Source: Dicyema japonicum (taxonomy: Eukaryota; Animalia; Dicyemida). Taken from it: DNA of 64,000 nucleotides. Location: assembly GCA_011109175.1 (NCBI GenBank), contig RDEW01000012.1, forward strand, positions 454,762-518,761, written 5' to 3'. A program made the translations under genes and the position numbers. Below the pieces are notes generated by a model. It was not told where the DNA came from, did not search any database, and saw only the letters and a program-made list of their open reading frames with translations. Numbering within the stretch: the first letter of the stretch is position 1; every line of letters starts with the position of its first letter. Below, one piece after another: positions 12,517-23,864 of the stretch.

Positions 12517-13620
12517 CAGGGTTGTTAAAAATCATGATTATTATGAAAAAATCAAAAAAATCTGATTTTTTGATTTAAACTGGATTTTTTTGATTTAAAT
12601 CAGATTTTTTGAATTAAATGATTTTTATTCGGAAACAAAGTAAAATAAAAATAAAAACAATGGAAATCGTATTTATTTATCTAAAAGCTTGTAAACAAAG
12701 ACAAGTTTGCAGCTTTTTCAATTCCCAGCCTATTTCGTACATTTGAATGTAAGAATCCAAAAGTCGAAAAAAATCGTTTATTCACCTGTGGAAGCAACTG
12801 CTCCAAGAATTTTTTTGCAGAGTGAAAATACTTCAGAAGGTGGTAAGAGTTCCCACCAAGCTATAGGTGATACTTTGCTCAGGCGGATAATGATGCTAGA
12901 TGACGATGAAATTGAAACAGTCTGATAAAGTCTTCCAGCGAACATCAATCGGAAGAACAAGTTTTTTCCTCCACAGATTTGTACTATGCCGCTGGAAGAT
13001 GGACGTTTCGAAAGTATTTATTTATTCTTACGATGGTTTCTTTAACGTCAGCTACTTCGACATCCTTTGAGAAAAGGTTGAGATAATGTGCCGAGCAACC
13101 ATATGTAATAATTTCATCTTGCATCATTATCCGCCTCATTTTAGTCATGTTAGCAGCATTGTCCGTTACAAGACTCACGATTTTACATCCAAACCGTTGC
13201 TCGGCGGTCTTTGCAGAGGCTAAAGCAACAGATTGAAGATACTCCGCGGTGTGGCTATATCCAGAGGTGTCCACAGATAGCTTTCTCCATCAGATGTTAC
13301 AACTGACATACAAATAACAGATTCATTATGAATGTTGCTCCACCTGTCCAACATCATAGGCACTGTCTTGTCCTAGAGTATTTGCCGAGAGTCTTCATCT
13401 ATTTGGTCGTACACACGATCGAGCAATGGACCACCAATTTGATGACGAGAGGGTAAAAGATACCCAGGAAGAAGCATTTTGACGGATTTGACAAATTCCG
13501 GATGTTCTACAGCAGCAAATGGAGTGTTACTGGAACATATGTATCTACCGAGTTGCATATCAATCACTTTTTTTTCGATGACGTCGTCGTAGTAACGTAA
13601 TTGATTAAAGACTAGTTAGA
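12517..13620 (-). mobile_element. Decayed hAT transposon (DUF659/ZBED-type transposase)
   Basis: ORF pieces carry PFAAVEHPEF..PSR, SLVTDNAANM (catalytic D), CSAHYLN (CxxH), and WWE plus RFFSTFG..RNRL (dimerisation domain). The CAGGGTTG end at 12517 has AAAAAATC subterminal repeats. The other end was not found. Confidence 0.85.
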
Positions 13621-14448
13621 GATCACTTATCCTTAAGAGGAATTCGCTGAGTGGGCACAAAAATTTGACAAAAAAATTTTTGTAAAGGGAAAACAAGGGG
13701 ATCAGTCCACAACTTGTAAATTTTGTCTCATTACTATGGAATGGGATAACATCCTGGAACATATTTCTATTAAAGTATCACCCCCTCGTCCACTAGAACT
13801 AAACTAATCTCCCAAGGGTGTATAAGATGAAAGGCATCAATCACTTACTTAGATAAAATCGATCCCCTTTCTGAAAGTCCTGCGGCTGTTATGTTAAAGA
13901 AAAAATCCCATTTTCGATTTACAATTATCTAAATCGTCACCGGAAATGACGGATGTTGCAATAAACCTAAATTTACTGCCACAAGACCAGACATACCTGA
14001 ATAGCATAGATTGAGAATTAATTTATTATTTCTAAGAATTTCTGTATAAGTAGCTTTATTATAATAAAATAAACAAATGTGGGCGATAATATAAAATAAG
14101 CCAGTAATATAGGCACTTTTTAGTATGAAGTCTATTAAACCCCATTACCCAAAGCGCCAAAACACATGAAATGCACGTTGAAATTTAAATTTATTTAAAT
14201 AAAAATTTATCTTTTTTAATTTTATTTAACCCACTTTATTTAACAAACAATAAAAAAGTTAATATATTTAATAATCAACAACCTTCCTCGCCTGCCTGTT
14301 CGCCAGCCTCCTCAGGCAGGTTCGATTCTGGTTGCTGAAACATACTCAATAAAAATTTATCTTTATTAATAACTTAATAAATTTATAAATCCATCCATGG
14401 AAATAATTTTAAATCGGTGGAGCATTAGTTCTGCTTTGCAATTCTCTG

Positions 14449-14775
14449 GAGCCGTGTGGCGCCATGTGGTGCTGCGTGGCTAATTGGTTGAAGTTTTCTG
14501 CTTGTTGTCTGTTCCTCTTTTCTCTTCCTATTAGAGTGGCGTCATGTGATCCACCTGTCTAGGTGTCGGCCAGTGCCAGGCCGGGCACAATAAAGGATCA
14601 TTTGCTCTCCCCCACTCCACTGGATGGGTTTCCACAACTGCATGTAATGGACGTCTTACCTTTTATCTTGATTTTTGATGGACTCTGTTTCTGTTAAAGT
14701 GGAAACTGGATACACTTAATTAGTTGTTTACTCTAACTTCTTTATCGGTGTATTCGGGGTTAATAAATAAATAAT
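14449..14775 (+). mobile_element. Short retroposon family B, full-length copy
   Basis: Runs from GAGCCGTGTGGCGCCATGTGG to TCGGTGTATTCGGGGTTAATAAATAAAT. Confidence 0.85.
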
Positions 14776-14789
14776 TTAATCTATCCTTT

Positions 14790-15607
14790 CTGTATTACAT
14801 GAACGTTAATTTCCTACTGATTTCTTATGCTGACGATATCATCATTGCAACAAGAAGCAGTTCGATATCAGAAGCAGTCTCACTCCCACAGAAGAAAGTG
14901 GATTGTTTGATAGATAACCGTCTATCGGTATCGGCTCCTAAATCAACATGCACTCTATTCATTTCCGACCGTGGAAAGACCAGCAATCTTCATCGGACAT
15001 ACTCGGATACTTGTCACAAGAAACCCCTTAATCCTGAGAGTGACTTACGTCAGGCTGCTTAATTTTACCTACCGTGCCAAAATGTCCTCACCAAAGGACT
15101 GCAGGAAATGAATGCCACACGGGCTCTTATCCAGAAGACCCCAGTGAATATAAATGAAGCAATCGGAATTAAATCTTGTCAGACAATCGCACCAGCCGAG
15201 GAATATGCCTCTGCTGCGTTATCAGAGGCCACTATCCAAAAACTAAACTTACTGCAAAGAAAAACACTACCTATGCTGGGACCACAATGTGAAACAAAAA
15301 TACCTCCCCTGCTGACGGAATCTACGACTCGTAGATGTGGTTCCGGATTGTTCCGCATTTGCAAGGAAGATGGACACCCAGTAAGCCTCTCACTGTTCAA
15401 CGCAAAAGAAAATCGGTTAGCTAAGAAATTTCTGTCCCCAATCGGCTTCCTCTGCAAGGATCAAAGAAGGCATTTCCGTTCGACAGTGGGAACAATGGAG
15501 ACGCACAGGCTTCGGATGGCACGTTTGGTTGCGGGAACTGGAATCACCTAACAAGTTGACATTACTTTTTTCATTTTTTCTCGGTGATCCCGGGGTTAAT
15601 AAATAAG
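14790..15607 (+). mobile_element. 5'-truncated Jockey/I-like LINE, RT C-terminus and 3' end
   Basis: LISYADDIIIA and NRLSVSAPKS motifs. Ends TTTCTCGGTGATCCCGGGGTTAATAAATAA. Homologous to 57750-58050. Confidence 0.8.
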
Positions 15608-16149
15608 ATCGTAAATTGAGAAAATTTGCACAATATGTATAAAATAATTTAACAGCCTTGGGAGTATAACGCTTTGTTTTTCTTGATAATGCAGTCAGTC
15701 ATTTTAACCAAATGATCCAGATGGAAGTGGAGCTATCAAAGAGAACCGCCCGGTGTTAATACATTTGATCTTATAAAGCTCTCAAGAAAAATCTTGACGG
15801 AGAAAATGTACAGTTTAAAAATTTTTTGGAAGATAGAGATGTCTAGGAAATCTCCTTTGTAGCCGAAGAGGATAGGTTGTGACAAATATCTGCCAATCCT
15901 TGTTGAAACCTCTTCCAAAAATCTCCTTTGTCACCATAGCTTTTTAACCTCTTTTAGCACGACTACCAACCAGCACAGGTGATAAGTCAACAAATCCAGC
16001 ATACGCAGATGGTATCATTTGACTAGCAAAGACAAATATGTTTTGACAGCCACAAAGTTACAACATATGTTCGACAGACTTAACACGTGGTTAGACACTA
16101 ACTCAATGTATGGAGAAATCCACGACTCTGTATCAAATTGAAAAATGGT

Positions 16150-19100
16150 GAATTATTCCCCAATCTGTTATTGAAAAACCGTCCAAAATTGTGTTGAAGA
16201 ACTTGCCATTTTGGGTTGATGATAACGACCTTCATGAATTTGTCAAGAAAATAGCTCCCTCTACTACAAGCATATGCCGTTTCTACAAGGGAGATAGGAG
16301 ACTCCTTCTTGCAAAAGTTCTAGTTGAATCAAGGGCGGAGGCTACATCGCTTGTCCGTCTTGGTTTCAACATTGCCCACGTGCCGATTACATGTGAATGT
16401 TACAGAAGAGGCCCACCTATATGTTTCAAATGCCAACGCTATGGACACATATCCTCCTTCTGTAAAGAGAGGGGAACATGACTTGACTGCTTGTGGAGAG
16501 ACTCCTGGGAACACAATGAATTGTATAAATTGTGGCTCGTCCTCACACTGTGCCAGATATGGTGGATGCCCAGTCGCCAAGAAATCTGATCAGAGGAAAG
16601 CAACTAAAGGCGATGGACAGGCGATAATAGGCGATATTGGGAGAACGTGGACAGCAAACAGTTATGTCAAAGTCGGCACCTAAAATTCGTCGAAACCGAA
16701 CGATGTCTCACCCAATCTATCAGAGAAGATTACACACTGAAATATCGAGATTATGTCGCGGTTAAACTATCTGTGCTCGATTGCACATGTGGATTTAATG
16801 GAAACGGTGACCTTGGCTTTGAAGAAGCAAGGTCACCCAAATGTTTGAAGCAAGGACTAAAAATAGTGCTAGTGAATGCTCGATCCCTAGGGAAAAGGCA
16901 TAATGAACTAGCACTACTTGCGAGGGCCTCCAAGATCGACATCTTGGTGGTCAATGAGACGAAATTAAAGAAAGCGAAGAGTAATATAATGACTGGATAC
17001 AATTCTGTGGACATTTTATGGAAGGCTTGAGCAGTTGCTGGTACGGGAACGTCTATTTTCTACCGGGACTGCCTCCGAATTCGTAATCCAAAAGTCGTTT
17101 GTGATGTATTGTGTGAATTTGTAAGCATGGACGTTTGTTGCGACGGAGTATGGATTAGTGTTGGAGGTCTATACTCCAAGAATCTTGAGACTTGTTCTAC
17201 AGATATCACTGAGTTCTACAACAAGAATCCCTATACTATCTTAATTGGGGATCTTAATTCGAAGAACACTAGTTATGGTTGTAGCAAGACAAATCAGGAT
17301 GAACGACGTTTATAATTATTGTCTGATTCATGTGGCTTTGTGATCCTTACGTGGTTGTAGGAAAAAAAGTCAAGTTGTCTTTTTTTTAGTTTATATCGCA
17401 TTTTGTGATACTACTAGCATCTTTTTAATTTTTAAAAATTTTTTCTATACTTGACTTTTTTTCCATTTTTGAAAAATTTTTCCCTTATAAATTTTCGAAA
17501 ATTTAGCGCAAAAAGGAAAAAAAAGTCAAGTCCGTAATTTCGTTAACGGACTTGACTTTTTTTTCCGTTTATAAATTAAGATTTTTATTCATGATCGTTT
17601 CATTTTAAAGTAAGCGAGTTTAGAATAACAAATTATTTAAATAGTTAATTTTGGCTAATGTTAATGAATTAAAATGTCCCGCCACAACTCTAACTACACG
17701 TGGTGGAAATAAATTCTAAAAATAATTTTTTCTACTTTTAAAATTTTTTTAAAATGTTATAAACATATGATTTTTATTTGTTCTTGTTGAAATTCTTTTT
17801 CCAAAGGAATTAAAATCCGTATATTGATTAAGTCCACAAAAAGATTAAACCAAAGCGAAAAAAGTCAAGGTCAAAAAAGATTAATCCAAAGCGAAAAAAG
17901 TTAAGTCAATTTTATTATATTAGGAATCCTTGGCCCCCAAGCAGATGAGTTGGTTCGTAAGATCGGCTCCATGATTCAAGCTGTGACCAAGGATCCGCGA
18001 GAGACTAGTTGGTTCCGAGAACGTATCTCGTTTGGCTATTGTTTAGGGGAAATAGCATGGCCATTCAGATGCCTTAATTTAATTTTTATTCATTTGATAA
18101 TAAAAAAAAATTTTTATTATTACCTTGAAATTCTTAAATTGATTTAGTCAAAGCGATTATACCAAAGCGGAAAAAAAGTCAAGTATTGAAAAAATTTTTT
18201 AAAAATTAAAAGATGCTAGTAGTATCACAAAAATGCGATATAAACTAAAAAAAGACAACTTGACTTTTTTTCCGCTTGACTTTTTTCCGCACTCCCCTTA
18301 CGTCTGATGACCCAAATCATTTTTCTCAGAGGGTCCGGATATTTTGTTTGACTGTCTGCGATCAAAGAGGGTCCGGATATTTTGTTTGACTGTCTGCGAT
18401 GTCTTTATGATGGGTGTTTGCGACTTGGTCACTTGCCTTTAATATGGAAGAAAGCTGTTGTGAGGATGATTCCAAAACCAGGGAAGCCAAATAGAGATCC
18501 GGCAAAGCTACAGACCAATTAGCTTAATATGTTCTTTCGCGAAAGTGATTGAACGTATCATTTTCAAAAGGCTAAGCAGACATATAGAAAAAAACGACTT
18601 TCTGATTCCGGAGCAGTTTGGGTTTTCGTCCCGGAAGAGGCTGTGCAGACTGTTTCTTTCTACTGAATTCTGAAATCATGAAAGCAAAGGATTCCAAGAG
18701 ACAAATAAACTTATTATGTCTTGATATCTCGAAAGCATTCGACAGTGTATGCCATGAAGCGTTGTTAAAGCAGCTTGTATCAGCATGTGTTCCAAGATAC
18801 CTATTTGTTTGGCTAAGAAATTATCTTCAGGAAAGACAATCTTTTGTGAAGGTGTGTGGATATATATCTGATGCAATATCATTCAAAAGAGGAGTACCTC
18901 AAGGTTCAGTATTGAGCCCTATTTTGTTTAATATATTTATGGCGAGTTTTCCACGTCCGAGGAATATTAATACTAGTCTTATTTATGCGGATGACGTAAT
19001 CGTGGTGGACACATCTCTAAAATCTTCTATATCTGAAGGAAGAATCCGGGAGTATGTCGACCAGATTGAGCATTGGTGCAACTTGAGAGGGCTAAAGCTC

Positions 19101-19640
19101 TCTGCTGAAAAATCTTGCGCACTCCGAATAAGCAGTTTGAAAAAGCACCTGAAACAAGAATACACACTGGGAGTAAACAATTCACACAGTCTGCGCTACC
19201 TGGGGGTCGACTATGGACACGCAGGAGATTACATGGACGACATAAAGGGGAAGAGAAAGAGAGCCTTTCAGTCGCTCCTATGTACACGGAAGTTACACGT
19301 TAGCCGTGACACTTACCTGTTTATCTTCAAGGGAGTTATTCTCCCTAGCCTACTTTATGGGTGCGAGGGGTGGTTCTTCTCTCCGAAGAGGGACAAGATC
19401 TTATCCCTCCTAGAGAAGACTAGAAGAGCTGCAATTAACCTCTCCTTAAAAAGAAACTGAAAGACTGTCTAAACGAGGACGAAAACAAGCTCCTGGAACC
19501 GATTAGCAAAATTGTGGAGGATCGGATCAATATTTTCAGGAGGAGATCTAAAATCCAAGACACATACATAAAGCTAGGGTAGAATAAAGATTAAAAAGCT
19601 GGGAGAAACGTTCCGAAAAAGATTAATAATAAAAAAAAGG
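16150..19640 (+). mobile_element. Near full-length APE-type LINE (Jockey/I/R1-like) with ORF1, endonuclease and RT, interrupted and internally deleted
   Basis: ORF1 has CFKCQRYGHISSFC and CINCGSSSH zinc knuckles. EN motifs LVNARSL, VVNETKL and IGDLNSK. RT motifs FGFRPGR, LDISKAFD, GVPQGSVLSP, YADD and YLG (ORF 18618-19460). A-rich end near 19630. Confidence 0.9.
17353..18295. mobile_element. Non-autonomous MULE/foldback-like DNA transposon with long repeat-rich TIRs
   Basis: Long inverted termini built of AAAAAAGTCAAG repeats. Perfect 8-bp TSD CCTTACGT at 17345-17352 and 18296-18303. Removing it restores the LINE EN frame (GFVILTSDDPNH). Homologous to 52829-54288. Confidence 0.85.
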
Positions 19641-20488
19641 AGGAAGGGTCCAGGTGTGGAGTCCAAGCCTTATGGTAGGACTCAGATGTAATACCCTTCA
19701 GAAATCTCCTTAACTCTTTTGTCAATAAATCGTTGTTGTTTTTGTTGCAATAATTTTTTGAACTTTTGCCTTTGTTACGTTTTCAATCCTTTTGATGATG
19801 TGCAGTTGTTCAATATTTGTGGTTATCATGGATATATTGTGATTCCTTTGGTTTCATTAATGACTCCTGTAACCACATGTTTTGGACTGATAAGTTTGAC
19901 TTATCAGCCCGGACACGAAGATGGCCCCGGGTTCTCATACTATACGACAATAAATATGTAAAAAGGTTTCAAACATACAAAAGACATATGGTGATCCCAC
20001 CAGCCTCATTTCAAACTAAGTTTCTGGTTTTTTGACTTTTTAATAAATAATTAAGTTGATGGTAAAGTTTTTTATTTAAACTCACTAATTCCCTTTCAGC
20101 CAAAATCTCCACCAAAAACTGACTTTATTAACTGAATTCCAACTGAACGATAACGTCAATCTTCACAACTACATTCTCATCTCCAACACAATGCCAAGTA
20201 AGCCAAATCGGAACAATCAGCCAAAGTTAGTAAATAGACAACCCAAAGGCAATAAAAGACGAGTACACACTCAACCCTCCTACAATTAACCACAGGTTAG
20301 AGACCCCCAATAATTTATAAATATAATTCTAGGTAATTTCTGAGTTAAATCCCCCACTTATCTCCAAAAACAATCTCCGCCCACAGTCCTCTTCAGAGTA
20401 CTCATCCCCAACATAACAGACTACCCCGAAAGAGTTAACACATTGGTAAATAAAAAAGATTAAAGTAAATATAGCACATAATGTTGCT

Positions 20489-21181
20489 CTAATTAAAGTT
20501 CGAAATCCTCATGATAGCCCTGAGTCGTCCTTGGAGATTCGAAATGTTCTCATTTGGGGGAACGGCGTATCCCTTTCTGGCCCTCTTTATTTTGCCAATA
20601 TGACGTCTTCTCAGCCCAATCGACGAACGGATAGTTCTTATCACAGTGGCAATACGGTCCTCATATACCAACCTACAATTTCTCGACATACTGATTATCT
20701 TCTGGTCATAAACCCCCTTCAAATCCGGAACGTCGCGTTTTTGTACGACATCTCCCCCATGCATGTGCCCATAAAAGTCCGACAGCATCCCAGTCCATTC
20801 ACAGGGATACTCTAGGCAGCTAACACATAAGCTGTCCAGCTCCTTCTTGATTTTCTGGTCAGGCTCGAAGTATCCGGTCACCTTGCAGGTAGGACAGCTT
20901 AGGCATAGGGAGTTATTAGAAATCATCCAGTTGTAGATGCAACTTTTGCAGCACACGTGGTTGTTCTGACATTTGACAGGATCGCGGAGAACAAGGAAAC
21001 TAAATATTAGCAAATATAATAGAAATTTAGATTGTTAACAGCAGACCAACCATATAAAGCAGTTGTATCTGTCAGAATTAGAAGGAGATATCGATGGGGT
21101 AAAAAAATCCCAATTGAAGCCACCCGACAGCACTTCAACGTGTCTCTGACTCTGATAGTTTACGCTTTCTGAAATGTCCAT
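20489..21181 (-). CDS. RING-HC (C3HC4) protein with a TRAF-like downstream CxxxCxWxG..H motif, 213 aa, paralog 1
   Basis: join(21181-21051, 20999-20489) with a 51-nt GT-AG intron gives MDISES..GGFNWDFF..CFICFLVLRDPVKCQNNHVCCKSCIYNW..CPTC, ending in TAG. Confidence 0.85.
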
Positions 21182-21799
21182 GTAACAAGAAACGCAGCAA
21201 TCAGTTATTTAGATAATTCAAAAATTTTATCGAAAAAATAAATAATTTGATATTAAATTAAATTATTATAATTTGATATTAATTAAATTAAATGTATTTT
21301 AATTTTTACCTTTTCTTCACAAATCACAACAAACATTTTTCCTCATTTTTGTAAATTATTAGCAGAGGAAGTATAATTAAGCTCAATTTCAGGAAGGACA
21401 CAATTGACAGAAGAGGAAGCATCTATAACCTTAATTAGAGGAAGGACAGAATTAATAGCAGAAAAATTAACTAATTGATCGCAAAAGTAGTATATTTTTG
21501 ATTGATTATTTGGTTGTACAATCAATTGCTGACTCTTTAAATTCACCATGAGAACCTCAATACTCTCCAACAAGTAAACAACCAGACATCTTCAGATTTC
21601 TCTCAAAGTCATAAATCATATTGTACACTTCCCTCATTAGTATTATATACGACTCTTCAAATTCATCGTGCAAACCTCAAACCCTATTGCAGTGTTTCTC
21701 AACCTTGTTTTTGTATTACCTTTATGAAACAATTTGGAGATATGTCAAAGGCTGAAGTATTGGGGACCCATTGACTTTGGTGAAGGTTTACCACTATAT

Positions 21800-22260
21800 T
21801 TGGGATTCTTTAGGTAAAATGATGACGCAGTGTAATAAGTGCTGATCAAACAGGCCTGATAACCGTTGCTTTGAATCTTTGTAATATTTTCAGTGACAAA
21901 AAAATTAATAAATTTCAAAATTTTTAAACTAAAAAGTTAAGGGTTCTGATCAATGAAGACATGACAACTTGAACCTTTCTTTGTATGGTAGCGTTCTCAC
22001 AGTCTGATCTTTTATTTGCTGCCTCAGTCTAATTCGACTTGTAAGGTGCAAGAATATTCTGCATATTTGCTTTGTTTCTACATGGTTTTATCCTTCGAGT
22101 AATGGACAAACGAATGTTTGTATAAAGGATTTGAATTTAATTTTTTGTCGACATTACCAAAAGTATAAATAATGTGAGCAATAAAAATACTCTTCAGGCT
22201 TCAAGTTTTTGCAACCACTTAATTGGTCTGTGGGAAATAATATCTTCTAATCATCCGCAT
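21800..22260 (-). mobile_element. CR1/L2-like LINE 3' relic
   Basis: Degenerate FKSFIQTFVCPLLE and LPYKERFKL motifs typical of the CR1/L2 RT C-terminus. Confidence 0.45.
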
Positions 22261-22449
22261 ATTTTGTCATCAATACACTTCTATAGCCATTCTCTGTGTT
22301 TTTGATCTCATCTGCAGGATGAACGATAGATGACGGTGATGTCCTGCCCATACACAAACTACAAGCTCCTGTATTGGATGATGGGGACAAGGCCTCAAGA
22401 ATTGCTGACCACTTTCAGAAACAATTCCAAACAGATGATACCTATTTAC

Positions 22450-23545
22450 CCACATTTATTGCGCATATGCGGAGCTTGTCAAACGAAATAACACATTCGG
22501 AGGTCTTAGAAGCATTCCATCAAATCAACAGCAAGAGCTGCAGGATGTGATGGAGTCCCAGGGAAATTACTCAAATTCGCTAACGATAGTCTGGCGAGGT
22601 TCTTTGCACAAATACTGAACAAGGCTTTTGCATTACACTGCCCACTTCCAATCGGGACAGGAATATTAATACCCGTTCATAAACCGGGCAAAAGACGGGG
22701 ACCCTTCAGAAGGTTTGTGCTAGTCACTACTCTAAGAAAAAACTCTATCGAATATTGTCGGAGGCCGTATATCATTGTCGGTTGATATCTCTCTTGCGGT
22801 CAGAGTGGTATTAGGCCTAGAAGATTCACGGCTGATGTTGTCTGGATTCATTGCTGAATCACTGCAATATGTCAGAAGTACAAACGATCTTTCATATCAT
22901 GGGAATCGACATGAGCAATGCTATTGAAGTCATCAACAGGAGTAAACTACTTACCGTGTTGAAAGACGTTGTCGATGAGACAGTCTGCGCATGATACATG
23001 AGCTATTATCTGAAACTGAACTACTCGTCAGAGTTGGCTCTAAGGAGTCTAGACCTTTTTCTAGCAATGTTAGAACCCCACAGGACACTCTATCTCATGT
23101 ATTATTTATCATCTACCTGGAGGCAACTTTGAGAGATCTAAGAGAACAAATTGGATCTCTGGGCAATCGCTTTATGGAACTCATCTAATATATGGATGAC
23201 GTCGATTTCGTCGCGGAAGATCAGAATTTATAGATGTTATTATAAAGAAAGCGATAACAACTTTGAGTAAACGGTCCCTTAAAGTCAATGAAGACAAAAC
23301 TGAAATAATCACTATTAAAAGAACACCAACCCGCGTTGAAGAGAAGTGGAGAAAAACCCGAAAACTCGGATTGTTACTTGGCGATTCAAAAGATATCACA
23401 CGACGAAAGATATTGACCACAATAGAACTAAAAATTACAATCCGTTCTGATGAGAAAGAATCAAATTCCTTGATGCGATTACGCTTATATAATGGATTTG
23501 TTTGACCAGTCATCATGTACGTAGGGGAACATCGAAGAAAGACAT
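22450..23545 (+). mobile_element. RTE LINE RT fragment
   Basis: AAGCDGVP, GTGILIP.HKPGK, IMGIDMS, PQDTLS and YMDDVD motifs. Same family as 23865-25900. Confidence 0.75.
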
Positions 23546-23797
23546 GGAACAACTCCAGGCAAAAGGCCTGATGCCCCTTGTTCGAATATTGCTGCTGTAA
23601 ATTCCGGCTAAGGGTTGCAAGCATCTACAATGCTTTGGGTTGACGACTAACATCAGTGAAAACTTCACCGCGGAACTGGATCGTCTACAAAAAAATTCAA
23701 ACCCAACAAAAAGAAAAAAGAAGTGAAAAGCAATCCTTGGTTCTCCCACTACGATTAGTTATCATGACTGTTCTTTACTAAAATAAAGTGTGTCCTG
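23545..23797 (+). mobile_element. SINE family A copy, second head type, 3'-truncated
   Basis: GGCAAAAGGCCTGA..TTGTTCGAATATTGCTGCTG (B box), then the family A core and a tail to GTGTGTCCTG. Confidence 0.7.
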
Positions 23798-23864
23798 ACT
23801 CGCGTAAAAATTCAGTTTTAAGTAGCTAATATATTATTAATAGCACTTTCGAAGAACCAAAAAT

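Noticed and set aside
13650-13800. Plus-strand CKFC..H zinc-finger-like peptide near the hAT
   Set aside because: Short, on the opposite strand to the transposase, and without start or context.
19887-19931. Adjacent hairpins CTGATAAGT-ttg-ACTTATCAG and CCCGG..CCGGG
   Set aside because: Single occurrence within what appears to be decayed LINE sequence. The hammerhead pattern is incomplete and there is no supporting context.
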